DNA of 64,000 nucleotides, taken from positions 320,001 to 384,000 of the forward strand of contig JBNGBT010000001.1 of assembly GCA_049903315.1 (NCBI GenBank), in the 5' to 3' direction. A program made the translations under genes and the position numbers. Every line of letters begins with the position of its first letter. The first letter of the stretch is position 1. Under the pieces are notes generated by a model. The model saw only the letters and a program-made list of their open reading frames with translations. It was not told where the DNA came from and did no database searches. This DNA is from Candidatus Cloacimonadota bacterium. GTDB lineage: Bacteria; Cloacimonadota; Cloacimonadia; JGIOTU-2. Shown here in pieces: positions 1 to 9,587 of this stretch.

Positions 1-412
1 CCATAAGATCGCCTGTTGCTACGGATATGGCTGCAGGAATCGGGTTGCCAGTACTGAGTACGGACACATCTGTTAGATTCCCGATTTCTGTAAGTCCGAA
101 GTATTCCTGCACTTCTCCTGTCACTTCGACCTCATCACCCTGGGATACAGAGTAGTCATAGCTAAAGACAAAAACACCATTCCATGCGCCGCCGGCTGGA
201 TCAGATACGAAAAATCTATTACTGTTGCCTGATGAGTAATAGCCCGTAGCTGTGACAATGCCTGTGAAGGTTACAGTCTGTCCAACGAGGAGTGAAGGAT
301 AGGTGCCGTCTCCAGCAATAGTTGTGTATTGTATGTCGTAGATCGTTGTTCCAATTAGCAGCGAGGTGGACATGCATACTACTAAAAATATAAGCGAAAA
401 TTTACTTTTCAT
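1..412 (-). CDS. Secreted protein, N-terminal part with OB-fold-like (YhcR-type) domain; runs off window edge
   Basis: Not in ORF track. ATG at 412 overlaps the lspA stop (ATGA). Translates MKSKFSLIFLVVCMSTSLLIGTTIYDIQY...GQTVTFTGIVTA...FFVSDPAGGAWNGVFVF...GDEVEVTGEVQEYFGLTEI, a signal peptide plus OB-fold pattern. Confidence 0.75.
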   Translation of the reverse strand, partial: MKSKFSLIFLVVCMSTSLLIGTTIYDIQYTTIAGDGTYPSLLVGQTVTFTGIVTATGYYSSGNSNRFFVSDPAGGAWNGVFVFSYDYSVSQGDEVEVTGEVQEYFGLTEIGNLTDVSVLSTGNPIPAAISVATGDLM

Positions 413-972
413 TCTTTCTCCAATATTTCTTCTTCTTTCGCAGAATTTTCTACAAAAAGATAATATATAATTAACAGGATAACACCGACAACTATGCATG
501 AGTCTGCAATGTTGAAGACGTACCATCGGTCAATGTACCATTTGCCTATAGTGAGATTTAAAAAATCAACGTCAAGAAAGTCGGTAACTTTACCTAAAAA
601 TATCCTATCTATAAGATTGCCGAATGCGCCACTCAGGATAAGCGTAAAGCTGAATCTTGGCAGTGAATGCTTATTCTTGATAAATAAATAAATGATTACT
701 ATTATAGCAATAATATGTAATATTAATAATATTATATTTGTAAGATTTCCTAGTTTGGGATCGATGCCGAAGACAGCACCTTGATTCTCTACAAAAGTAA
801 GCCGGAAGAAATTTCCCAGTACAGGAATCGAAGTAACATCTGTTTTTGTAAACAGATTTCGGATTGCCATTTTTGAGACCTGATCGAGTGCAAGAAAAAA
901 CAAAAACAGCAATATATATTTTTTATAAGCGGAGTTATTATCTGTGATTATTATTGCTGATCCTTTCCTCAT
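409..972 (-). CDS. lspA: Lipoprotein signal peptidase II
   Basis: DQVSK, NQGAVFG, GAFGNLIDR, VTDF, FNIADS motifs; exact start uncertain. Confidence 0.95.
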   Translation of the reverse strand: MRKGSAIIITDNNSAYKKYILLFLFFLALDQVSKMAIRNLFTKTDVTSIPVLGNFFRLTFVENQGAVFGIDPKLGNLTNIILLILHIIAIIVIIYLFIKNKHSLPRFSFTLILSGAFGNLIDRIFLGKVTDFLDVDFLNLTIGKWYIDRWYVFNIADSCIVVGVILLIIYYLFVENSAKEEEILEKE

Positions 973-1324
973 TCCTCTTACATTCGATGCAAAGCTCTGT
1001 ATAAGGGATTGCTTTCAGACGCTCTGATGAGATATCTTCGCCGCAATAGTTGCAGATTCCATAGGATTTATCATGAATTCGTTTGAGTGCGCTATCAATA
1101 TTTTTCAAGTTTTTCAATTCACGATCCAGCATATATGTCTCTTTTTCTCTTTCATTGGAATCAGTTCCAAGGTCAGCTATGTGCGTGGCATATGAGGAAA
1201 CATTACCCACTGCTTCACGAATATTTTTGCTCCAGCTTTCATCAATTCCCTCAATGATTTTTACAACTTTCTTTCGTTCACCCATAAGCAGGTCTCTGAA
1301 AAAATCCAACTTTTCGCGTTCCAT
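938..1324 (-). CDS. TraR/DksA C4 zinc-finger protein
   Basis: Coiled coil with HIADLGTD tip; YGICNYCGEDI..ERLKAIPYTELCIEC. Confidence 0.9.
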   Translation of the reverse strand: MEREKLDFFRDLLMGERKKVVKIIEGIDESWSKNIREAVGNVSSYATHIADLGTDSNEREKETYMLDRELKNLKNIDSALKRIHDKSYGICNYCGEDISSERLKAIPYTELCIECKRNEERISNNNHR

Positions 1325-1333
1325 ACAACTCTC

Positions 1334-2161
1334 CTAACTTACTATTTCCTTAAGAAAATTCTGTAAGAGCACTTTTAATTTTGCCTGTGCTTTTTTGGCA
1401 ACCTCTTCGATACTGGTCTGGGCATGTGTGTCAGAATGGAAGAGGTTTGATAAATTTGTTATCGTTGAAATTCCCAATATTTTAAGCCCGAGGTATACGC
1501 CAACTATTACTTCGTGCACAGTTGACATGCCGACCATATCACCGCCGATAGTCTTGAGCATCTGGCATTCAGCAGTCGTTTCCAAACTCGGTCCCAGCAG
1601 CCCGACGTACACACCTTCCTTGAAGGGAATTTCATTATCCATGTATACTTTTTTTATGATTTGTAGATATTTTTTGTAATAAGCATCATGCATGCTGGGA
1701 AAACGAGGTCCGAAGCTCGGGTCATTTTCTCCAACAAGAGGGTTCATGCCCGTCAAATTTATATGATCATTCATCACAACCAGGTCTCCAACCTTCAGAT
1801 TCTCATTGAGCGAACCAACGGCATTTGTCACGATCAGTGTTTTAATGCCGAGTTCTTTTAAGACGAAAACCGGATATGTTGTTTCCTGCGCAGTGTATCC
1901 TTCGTAGCAATGAAGCCGACCCTGCATGATGACAATATTTTTGTTATTGAAAGAACCGAAAAGCAATTTCCCTTGATGCGAGGGAGCTGTAGAAGTTTTG
2001 AAATGAGGAATGTCGTGATAGGGTATTTCAAAATCAATATCTATAATATGTATGAGTTCATTAAGACCTGTTCCCAAAATAATAGCAATCTCGGGTCGCC
2101 TTTTATAGCGTAATCGAATAAAATCTACAGATTCGGATATAAGAGAACTAATCTTCTTCAT
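1334..2161 (-). CDS. punA: Purine-nucleoside phosphorylase (trimeric family)
   Basis: IILGTGL, QGRLHCYEG, TNAVGSLN, GPSLET.AE, VGMSTV.E motifs. Confidence 0.92.
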   Translation of the reverse strand: MKKISSLISESVDFIRLRYKRRPEIAIILGTGLNELIHIIDIDFEIPYHDIPHFKTSTAPSHQGKLLFGSFNNKNIVIMQGRLHCYEGYTAQETTYPVFVLKELGIKTLIVTNAVGSLNENLKVGDLVVMNDHINLTGMNPLVGENDPSFGPRFPSMHDAYYKKYLQIIKKVYMDNEIPFKEGVYVGLLGPSLETTAECQMLKTIGGDMVGMSTVHEVIVGVYLGLKILGISTITNLSNLFHSDTHAQTSIEEVAKKAQAKLKVLLQNFLKEIVS

Positions 2162-2834
2162 GTTTTCCTAAATTAAAACTGATTTTCGGTTTAGTTTTTG
2201 GTTCTTGTGTTTCAATGTCCTCTGCAGGTTTTTCGAGAATATCTTCTTCTTTTTCCTGTGGAGCAATTTCTTCTTTTTTCTCAATTATTGGAGGTAATTC
2301 TATTTCTTTTTTAAAATCATGAGTTCTGAAGTCCGGTGGAGTGATGATCGGATTATCTTTTTTCTTCGCATCATCTTTATCTTTTTCAAATTCCTTTTGA
2401 ATGAGTTCGAGCATAGTATTTATCTGAGATTTAAATGTAAGCAGGAAGGTTTTTTTCTTATCCTTCAAGTTCACATAATCATGCTCCAGAATGCTCAGAT
2501 AATCTTTTGCTTTTTTGACACGTTCCCGAGACGATAACTCGGCATCTTTTATAATATTCTTTGCTTCTTTATCAGCGCTTTTAAGTGTATCTTCTTTGAG
2601 TTTTTCTGCAAGAATAAGTGTACGTTTGAGCAGGTCTTTTTGCTCCTCAATATTTTCGAGTTTTTGATCTCTATCTTCGATCTCTTTTTGAAGAGCTTTT
2701 ATTTTTCTTTCCAATCCTTCGATCTGATCTGCGAGCATTTCCAGGAAAGCTTCTACTTCGGGTTTATTGAAACCGCTGAAGGATTTTGTGAATTCTTTAC
2801 CTCTGATCTCCGAAGGGGATATAGTATGTTGCAT
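2148..2834 (-). CDS. DivIVA domain protein
   Basis: N-terminal ISPSEIRGKEFTKSFSGFNKPEVEAFL followed by a long coiled coil; next to yggT. Confidence 0.88.
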   Translation of the reverse strand: MQHTISPSEIRGKEFTKSFSGFNKPEVEAFLEMLADQIEGLERKIKALQKEIEDRDQKLENIEEQKDLLKRTLILAEKLKEDTLKSADKEAKNIIKDAELSSRERVKKAKDYLSILEHDYVNLKDKKKTFLLTFKSQINTMLELIQKEFEKDKDDAKKKDNPIITPPDFRTHDFKKEIELPPIIEKKEEIAPQEKEEDILEKPAEDIETQEPKTKPKISFNLGKHEED

Positions 2835-2843
2835 TGTCCCTCG

Positions 2844-3107
2844 CTAATATATTGTTAATCTGATTAACAGACTTCGTACTAATTCCAAGAGAAGAATTAC
2901 TACGATTGGTGAGATGTCGAAATTTTGTGAAGGGATGATGTTCCGAACGATCTTGCGTGCCGGTCCGAGAACCGGTTCTGTCACCTGCACGAGAAATTGT
3001 ATAAATGGATTTGCATAATTTGGATTGAACCACGACATGACTGCCCGAATGATAATGAGCCAGATGTAGATCATTATAACAAAATCAATAATGCGGATGA
3101 GGGTCAT
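2844..3107 (-). CDS. YggT family membrane protein
   Basis: IIRAVMSWF..NP..QFL..VTEPVL.P.R...DISPIV; start placed at ATG 3107, overlapping the tdk stop. Confidence 0.9.
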   Translation of the reverse strand: MTLIRIIDFVIMIYIWLIIIRAVMSWFNPNYANPFIQFLVQVTEPVLGPARKIVRNIIPSQNFDISPIVVILLLELVRSLLIRLTIY

Positions 3108-3673
3108 TTCGTTTCCTTTGGCGATTGAAAGCATCTTCTGCATCGCGCTTCATATATGTCTTTTTCTCCAACGAGAATCTCTTCATCGTTATCTACAAGA
3201 CGCTGGGTGCGGTTTGCCGGATTGCCGCACTGCATACATATCGCAAGTGTTTTTGTGATGTATTCTGCGGTTGCAAGAAGTTCGGGTATTGGATGGAATG
3301 GTTTGCCGCGATAGTCCTGATCGAGTCCGGCAACGACAACCCTTTTTCCTTCATTTGCAAGCTTCTGGCATACTTCGACAAGTCCTTCGTCAAAGAATTG
3401 AGCTTCATCGATGCCCACGACTTCAGTCTCTTTTTTGACCTGCTCATAAAGCTGCTGGGAATTATCGACCTGTTTGGAGTTAAGCTTTGATTTATTGTGT
3501 GAGACAATATATTGATGATGGTACCTGTTATCTATAGTTGGTTTAAATATTTGAAAGGGATGTTTAGCGATTTCGACACGTCGCATCCTGCGGATAAGCT
3601 CTTCGGTTTTGCCGCTGAACATGCTTCCGCAGATAACTTCTATCCAACCAGTTTGACCTTTAACAATATTCAT
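3104..3673 (-). CDS. tdk: Thymidine kinase
   Basis: GSMFSGKTEEL P-loop, IDEAQF, AGLDQD, CMQCG and YEARCRRC zinc site. Confidence 0.97.
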   Translation of the reverse strand: MNIVKGQTGWIEVICGSMFSGKTEELIRRMRRVEIAKHPFQIFKPTIDNRYHHQYIVSHNKSKLNSKQVDNSQQLYEQVKKETEVVGIDEAQFFDEGLVEVCQKLANEGKRVVVAGLDQDYRGKPFHPIPELLATAEYITKTLAICMQCGNPANRTQRLVDNDEEILVGEKDIYEARCRRCFQSPKETK

Positions 3674-3921
3674 ATGCTACTCCACGTTTGCGTAATTTGG
3701 AAGCGTGGTTTTTTATGTCAAATTTTATGATGATTGGAGAATTTCACATTGGCACGCAGATTTGGTTTATGAAAAATTTGAAGCATCGTTCGGAAGAATT
3801 ATTTAGAAAGTCTTTAATATAAAATGTATACATCTATTAAGCGTGATAACCAATCATTTATATTAACCAAATTAAATTTGACAAAAATATACTCTGAATC
3901 AAAAGAAAATGTGGAGTAACC

Positions 3922-3990
3922 ATGAATCAAAAAAATTGTTTGTGCGGAGTGTGTTTTTATAGAAATGAAATTGCTATCGATTTTTATTAA
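3922..3990 (+). CDS. Putative 22-aa Cys-rich micro-ORF (MNQKNCLCGVCFYRNEIAIDFY)
   Basis: GGAG 5 nt before ATG; ends 12 nt before the next gene; TTGACA at about 3878. Confidence 0.3.
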   Translation: MNQKNCLCGVCFYRNEIAIDFY

Positions 3991-4002
3991 TAGGGAAGCG
4001 AT

Positions 4003-6471
4003 ATGAGAAGAATAGTATTTTTAGGATTGATAATTTTCTTTGCTTTAGCAAATTTGTTATCTGCGAATGACAAGTACCTCACCTATACCCAAACCTTTCC
4101 CTGGATAGGACCCGAAGGCGAAGACCCGGAGGTTGTCTTTGCAGATTTAATTGAGCAGGATAGACTCATATCTGTTCTTCATTATGAAAGTCGGTTTTGG
4201 TATGACTGTTACAAATGGCATAACGATATTGGAAAAATTAGAAATGATTGTTTATACAAAATAAAAGTGTCCTGTTGTGTTTCGAATAATTATAAAAAAC
4301 ATGTTGTCCACACCCCTCCAAATAGAGATCCAACTACGATAATCGTCGATATCAACGGCACAGGTAATTATACTTCAATTCAAGAAGGTATAAACAATTC
4401 AGTAAATGGTGATACAATATTAGTATATCCCGGAACATACTTCGAGAATATAAACTATAATGGTAAAAACATAACGGTTGCGAGTTTATACATTACGACA
4501 CAAACAGACTCTTTTATTCATAAAACAATAATTGACGGTAACCAAAATGGGAGTGTGGTTACGTTTGAAAGCGGCGAAGATACAGCTGCTGTTCTTTGTG
4601 GGTTTACTATTCAAAATGGAAGTGGAACTGAACAAGGTAATTTTATCGTAGGGGGGGGGATCTTTTGTATTAATTCGCAATCCACAATAAGTAATTGTAG
4701 GATTAGAAATAATCTGAGTCAATTCGGGGGAGGAATTTGTTTATATAACACCTTTATTAATATTAGTGATGTTGATATATTTGATAATCATGCAATATCA
4801 TGGGCAGGCGGGATAGGTTTTTATAACTCTTTCGCTCTTTTTGATCCTATTAACCGATGTGATATATATTTAAATTATTCAGGGAATGGTTCGGATTTAA
4901 GAGCTTTTGTTAATACAACTTCTGTGTCTGTATTTGTTGATACTTTTACGGTAAGTAAACCAACAGACTATTATGTGTCTCCCTTAGATCAATTCACAAT
5001 TGATATTAAGAATTGCAAGGTTAACATTGTAGATAGTGATTTATACGTGAGTCCATCAGGAGACGATGCAAATAGTGGTTTTTCACAAACTGATCCTTTG
5101 AAAACACTATCCTATGCGATGACAAAGATTAGTTCCGACAGCACGAGCTGTAATAGGATATATTTATCGAATGGAACGTATTCGCCCTTCACGAATGGAG
5201 ACATATTTCCGATTAATTGTAAAGATTATGTTTCTCTTCAAGGGGAGAACAAGGATCAAACGATTCTTGATGGGAATAGTGAATATTATTTATTGTATTC
5301 ATACGAAGACGGCGATTATTCAATAAGAGATATTACATTTCAAAATGGCTTTAATGATATAACAGGGGGAGGTATAAGTATCCACTATGGTCATAATATT
5401 TTGGTAGAGAATGTAAATTTGCTCTCTAATAGAGCTGACATAGGCGGAGGGGGATTAAATATATTTGAGTCACAAGGAATATTCAAGAACTTAACAATAC
5501 GCAATAATTCATCCAATGGAGGGGGGGGGATAAGAATTTCTAATAATTCGAATCCTGTATTAATTAATTGTATTATTGATAGTAATTATATTCTTACACC
5601 TGGTTGGGGAACTACTGGAGGAGTAAGTTGTGTTGTTGACTGTAGTCCGGTTTTTATTAATACACGTGTTACCAATAACATCTCCGATGAATGTAGTGGT
5701 ATGGGTTTTGGAAGTAGCAATCCAATATTGATTAATTGTACAATTTGTGATAATTCAGACAATCCAGATGGTACAATTAATATAGGTGATAATACTATGA
5801 TTTTGAAAAATAATGTTATTCTACGTAATTATTCAGAATTTGAGATAACATATTGGGACACTTATCCACCCAGTGTAGCTGAAGTATATTATACAAATAT
5901 TAAAGACAGCATCAACGGCATCAATACCAATAACAACGGAACTATCATATGGGGAGACGGCAATATAGACGAAGACCCATTATTTGTTGGTGGCGATCCG
6001 TTTAGTTACGAGTTAACGAAATATTCACCCTGCATCGATGCAGGCACACCGGACACAACAGGACTACATCTTCCTGCAACGGATTTAGCGGGTAATCCAA
6101 GAATTTATAATGGCAGGATAGATATTGGAGCATACGAGTATCAAGGATATGGTATAGACGAACCTGATACAAGTTTTATTCATAATTTGTATTTATTTAA
6201 AAATGCACCAAATCCTTTTAAGGAATCCACCACAATATCTTTTATCTCAGCAGATTATGAAAGGATAAAAGAATATACACTTTCTATATACAATACTAAA
6301 GGCCAGCTTGTAAGAAGATATAATGGGAACGAGGAGAATTTTTGGGTAAAGACGGAGATCGTGTGGAATGGCACGGACGAACAGGGCAAGCAGGTCGCAC
6401 CCGGAACGTATTTGTACAAATTGGAATACAATGGACATGCAGTAGTTAGAAAAATGGTATTGCTTCGCTGA
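4003..6471 (+). CDS. Secreted parallel beta-helix (pectin-lyase-like/DUF1565-like) protein with FlgD-Ig/T9SS-type C-terminal domain
   Basis: Signal peptide; YTSIQEGIN..GDTILVYPGTY; GGGI repeats; YVSPSGDDANSG; SPCIDAG..DLAGNPRI..RIDIGAYE; CTD ending RKMVLLR. Confidence 0.85.
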   Translation: MRRIVFLGLIIFFALANLLSANDKYLTYTQTFPWIGPEGEDPEVVFADLIEQDRLISVLHYESRFWYDCYKWHNDIGKIRNDCLYKIKVSCCVSNNYKKHVVHTPPNRDPTTIIVDINGTGNYTSIQEGINNSVNGDTILVYPGTYFENINYNGKNITVASLYITTQTDSFIHKTIIDGNQNGSVVTFESGEDTAAVLCGFTIQNGSGTEQGNFIVGGGIFCINSQSTISNCRIRNNLSQFGGGICLYNTFINISDVDIFDNHAISWAGGIGFYNSFALFDPINRCDIYLNYSGNGSDLRAFVNTTSVSVFVDTFTVSKPTDYYVSPLDQFTIDIKNCKVNIVDSDLYVSPSGDDANSGFSQTDPLKTLSYAMTKISSDSTSCNRIYLSNGTYSPFTNGDIFPINCKDYVSLQGENKDQTILDGNSEYYLLYSYEDGDYSIRDITFQNGFNDITGGGISIHYGHNILVENVNLLSNRADIGGGGLNIFESQGIFKNLTIRNNSSNGGGGIRISNNSNPVLINCIIDSNYILTPGWGTTGGVSCVVDCSPVFINTRVTNNISDECSGMGFGSSNPILINCTICDNSDNPDGTINIGDNTMILKNNVILRNYSEFEITYWDTYPPSVAEVYYTNIKDSINGINTNNNGTIIWGDGNIDEDPLFVGGDPFSYELTKYSPCIDAGTPDTTGLHLPATDLAGNPRIYNGRIDIGAYEYQGYGIDEPDTSFIHNLYLFKNAPNPFKESTTISFISADYERIKEYTLSIYNTKGQLVRRYNGNEENFWVKTEIVWNGTDEQGKQVAPGTYLYKLEYNGHAVVRKMVLLR

Positions 6472-6479
6472 CGCTGTGC

Positions 6480-6614
6480 AATGTAAAATTTAAAATGGAA
6501 AATGTGGAATCGACGACTCTGCCGTCTTGAACCTTGCGAACGGTTAAAAACCTTCGCAAAGATTTTCCCTGCAAATCGCAAATCTAAAATCGTTAATCTA
6601 CAATCTTCAATCGC
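6480..6614. repeat. REP-like palindrome (6530-6564) flanked by degenerate heptamer arrays
   Basis: AACCTTGCGAA-cggttaaa-AACCTTCGCAAAGATT; 5 x AATNNNN at 6480-6514; 6 x NAATCNN at 6573-6614. Confidence 0.7.
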
Positions 6615-6716
6615 TATTTCGTACTGAACTCTATTCTCTCTTCGGGATTATGAAGTCCACCCCGAAAAAGTAACTTTTGCGAAAGTTCTATATCTTTTTT
6701 CATAATTACAATTCTT

Positions 6717-6747
6717 TTCGTGCACTTTCGTGATTTTCGTGGTTAAA
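6717..6747 (+). repeat. TTCGTG-N3/4 triplet repeat ending GGTTAA
   Basis: ttcgtgcactttcgtgattttcgtggttaaa; related copies at 10022, 24951 and 58976 (reverse). Confidence 0.65.
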
Positions 6748-6817
6748 ATTCTCTGTGTACTCTACGCTTCTTTGCTTGTTGCGGCGGAGTGCAACGAAGA
6801 CAAACGTTCTTTGCGTG

Positions 6818-6853
6818 AAAAAAAAGCCGTCACGTAATGGTCCATGACGACTC
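6818..6853 (-). terminator. Intrinsic terminator of the C10 peptidase gene
   Basis: Minus strand GTCGTCATG-loop-CGTGACGGC followed by T8. Confidence 0.7.
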
Positions 6854-6869
6854 TTCAAACAGCTCTCAT

Positions 6870-8630
6870 TTATCTCAATAGTAATATTTTTTCAAATCTT
6901 ATATTCTCGTCATATATAGAATACAAGTACACCCCGGAAAGAACATCTTGTCCCAAGGTATCTTGTCCGTCCCAGCTTGCTTCGACTATGCCTGAAGAAA
7001 TATCATGAGCAGTTAATTTTCTTACAAACTCACCTTTAATATTATAAATTTCAATGTGTGCATCGTGTGTTGTTTCCTGAGAATAAAACCTGATCGATGT
7101 GCTGCCGTCAGCCTGCGGATTAAATGGATTTGGAAAAGTGAAACTCGTGTAACCATCTATTATATGTGGATCGTCAATTGCAAAATACCAATCAATTATT
7201 ATTGTATTTGATGGATTTGATTCACCGATGTCATAGATCGCAGTCACATAATACTCATATTCAATTCCATAGATCGCAGTATCATCATGATAGGTTTGTG
7301 TATATACAGGTTCAGTATTCAATAAGACATCATCTCGATACACATTATATGAGATCACACCAGCTTGGACCGGTGCCTGCCATGATAGATCGATATATGC
7401 AGGAGTCTGATTGCTCGTGTATGCCAGACTTGCAGGAGGATCATAGTAAGGAACGGGATCGGAATAGATATCCAGGGTGACGCCATGAATGGTTGTGAGT
7501 GAATAGGGAAATTCATCTGGGAGAATGTACCAGCCATCATACGAACCATTCCAACCGAAATTCACATGATACTCATTCAAGGTGTTGTAACCGTCGACAA
7601 CGACGTTATGCCCTCCGCTGCCCCCTGTAACTAGAACTGTTAATTCTGCCGGCTGCGCATCCATCATATTCTGGCTTAGGCGTGTCCAGAAATTAGGAGC
7701 GCTGTCATCTATCGTATCTGTGCCGAAATACCCGAATTTCTCAAGCGCATCGACGACCTGGCTCAGATAGAACGTGCCGGAAACCGTAGAAGTATAAACT
7801 TGTGTAGCTGCAACCCCGCATGCAAAACAGAGTGCTGCCTTATCCACATCAGTGATTTCCTGGTGCAGCTTCTGATGTGCATCATAAGTATTGAGAAATG
7901 AGTTCAGATCAGGAAAAGAAGCAAATCCCCGGGTGAAATAATCATTATCGATCCAAAAATCCCTTCCTGCATAGGAATGATAATAATCGTCAGCATCCCC
8001 GAATAGAGCGCCGTTTATGTTTGAAAAATAATCAATGATCTGTGCAGTGGCAATCGCCGGGCATCCAGCCAGACTTCTTGCACTGGTCACCAGATCCCAC
8101 GGGCAGTAATTATAATATGGGGCTGTTTGACGCCATTGCATCTGTACCCATCCACCGGTCAGTGTGGAGTCCTGATCGGGCCAGTACATTTCCTCTTTTG
8201 CTTCTTTTTCGTTGAGAAGATCCGACCACGCATCATTTCTTTGCTGAATAATATTTTGTGGAAGTTTATCAAGCGCTGCATTACGATAGGAAATATCCAG
8301 TTCGATTGCTTGGTACGGCATTGAAATTTCATCTTGCGCATCTATATTATTTCTGAAACTGTAGCCAATAACAGGCGGGAGATCGGTGTCTGTAGTTGTA
8401 ATGATAAACCCTTTGGGGTCGAGTTCAAAAATATAGAAAAGCACTTCTTCCTTATCATTGATATGAGAAGTGATATTTGAAATGCTTGCCGCATCTTTCA
8501 TGCTGTGCTGCATGATCTTTGCTTCTGCGATTTTTATGCACAGGTCTTTATCAGCAGTAATACTAAAGAGGGGATGTGCACATGCTACAATAAAAATTAT
8601 TAATAATAGAGTTGTTTTGATTTTTAACAT
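6870..8630 (-). CDS. C10 family (streptopain-like) cysteine peptidase with pro-domain, FN3-like domain and FlgD-Ig/T9SS-type CTD
   Basis: WRQTAPYYNYCP, catalytic AGCPAIATAQI, GHNVVVDGY, HVNFGWNG; LPPVIGYS pro-domain; CTD ending KILLLR. Confidence 0.9.
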   Translation of the reverse strand: MLKIKTTLLLIIFIVACAHPLFSITADKDLCIKIAEAKIMQHSMKDAASISNITSHINDKEEVLFYIFELDPKGFIITTTDTDLPPVIGYSFRNNIDAQDEISMPYQAIELDISYRNAALDKLPQNIIQQRNDAWSDLLNEKEAKEEMYWPDQDSTLTGGWVQMQWRQTAPYYNYCPWDLVTSARSLAGCPAIATAQIIDYFSNINGALFGDADDYYHSYAGRDFWIDNDYFTRGFASFPDLNSFLNTYDAHQKLHQEITDVDKAALCFACGVAATQVYTSTVSGTFYLSQVVDALEKFGYFGTDTIDDSAPNFWTRLSQNMMDAQPAELTVLVTGGSGGHNVVVDGYNTLNEYHVNFGWNGSYDGWYILPDEFPYSLTTIHGVTLDIYSDPVPYYDPPASLAYTSNQTPAYIDLSWQAPVQAGVISYNVYRDDVLLNTEPVYTQTYHDDTAIYGIEYEYYVTAIYDIGESNPSNTIIIDWYFAIDDPHIIDGYTSFTFPNPFNPQADGSTSIRFYSQETTHDAHIEIYNIKGEFVRKLTAHDISSGIVEASWDGQDTLGQDVLSGVYLYSIYDENIRFEKILLLR

Positions 8631-8639
8631 CTAAGCTCC

Positions 8640-9485
8640 TTATTCGCAAAATATCGGGAATTCTTCCCATTCTTTTTTTGTATTTTTTAATAGTTCAAGA
8701 CTTTTTTCTTTATTCAATGCTGCTAAACTGTTCACGATAATATTTACCATAACCACAGGTGCTGCCTGGGATAAACTGTAGGTTGTACCTGTCACTGGAG
8801 TTACCAGCACATGATCGCACGCCAATGCAAGGGGACTGAATTCACTGTCTGTGATCGCAATCGTTGCCGCACCTTTTTCATGCGCAAACTGAGCAACATC
8901 TCGTACTTCTTTGAGAATTTTTTGAAAACTGATTGCAATAACCACATCATCAGGACCGATGTCCATAATTTCGATCTGTTTGGAAATACCGAATCCTTTG
9001 AGTTTGATGTAGTCCTTCCCCAAAGCTTCGAAGTAATAGTGAAAGATATCAACGCACACTTCACTCGAACCGATCGATGCAATAATGATTTTCTGCGCAT
9101 TATTTATCAGTTTAACTGCTTTTGTAAGGGTATCTTTATTCAGATAGGTGCGCACATTCATGATATTCTGAATGTCTTGCTCAATTGTTGCATCGAGCAC
9201 ATCTTTCTGCGTGGTATCAGAGATGAAATCTTGAAAAACCTCGTGTGGTGTTGTTGTTTTTCTGTAAAGTGTTTCGAGTTCTCTCTTTAATTGTGGAAAT
9301 CCTGAGTAGCCAAGTTTCTGAGCAAACCGCGTGATTGATGATGGAGCAACTTTGCAGGTTTCTGCGAGTTGTGGACCATTAAGAAAGGCATTTTTATGAA
9401 GATTGCGTGTAAGAGTATCTGCGATGAGTTTCTCTCGCTTTGTGAGTGATGTCTTCTTGAGTTTATCTTGTAGTTTATTTTTCAT
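8640..9485 (-). CDS. RpiR/MurR family transcriptional regulator (HTH + SIS)
   Basis: LAETCKVAPSSITRFAQKLGYSGFPQLK; DVVIAISF...GAATIAITDSEFSPLA. Confidence 0.93.
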   Translation of the reverse strand: MKNKLQDKLKKTSLTKREKLIADTLTRNLHKNAFLNGPQLAETCKVAPSSITRFAQKLGYSGFPQLKRELETLYRKTTTPHEVFQDFISDTTQKDVLDATIEQDIQNIMNVRTYLNKDTLTKAVKLINNAQKIIIASIGSSEVCVDIFHYYFEALGKDYIKLKGFGISKQIEIMDIGPDDVVIAISFQKILKEVRDVAQFAHEKGAATIAITDSEFSPLALACDHVLVTPVTGTTYSLSQAAPVVMVNIIVNSLAALNKEKSLELLKNTKKEWEEFPIFCE

Positions 9486-9587
9486 TTTGCAAAAACCTTT
9501 GCGTAAAATAAGTTAGTTGCAAAAATAATTGTCAAATAATAATGTGTAATGCATCTAAAATAGTGTATTCAATAATAATTTTTTGGG

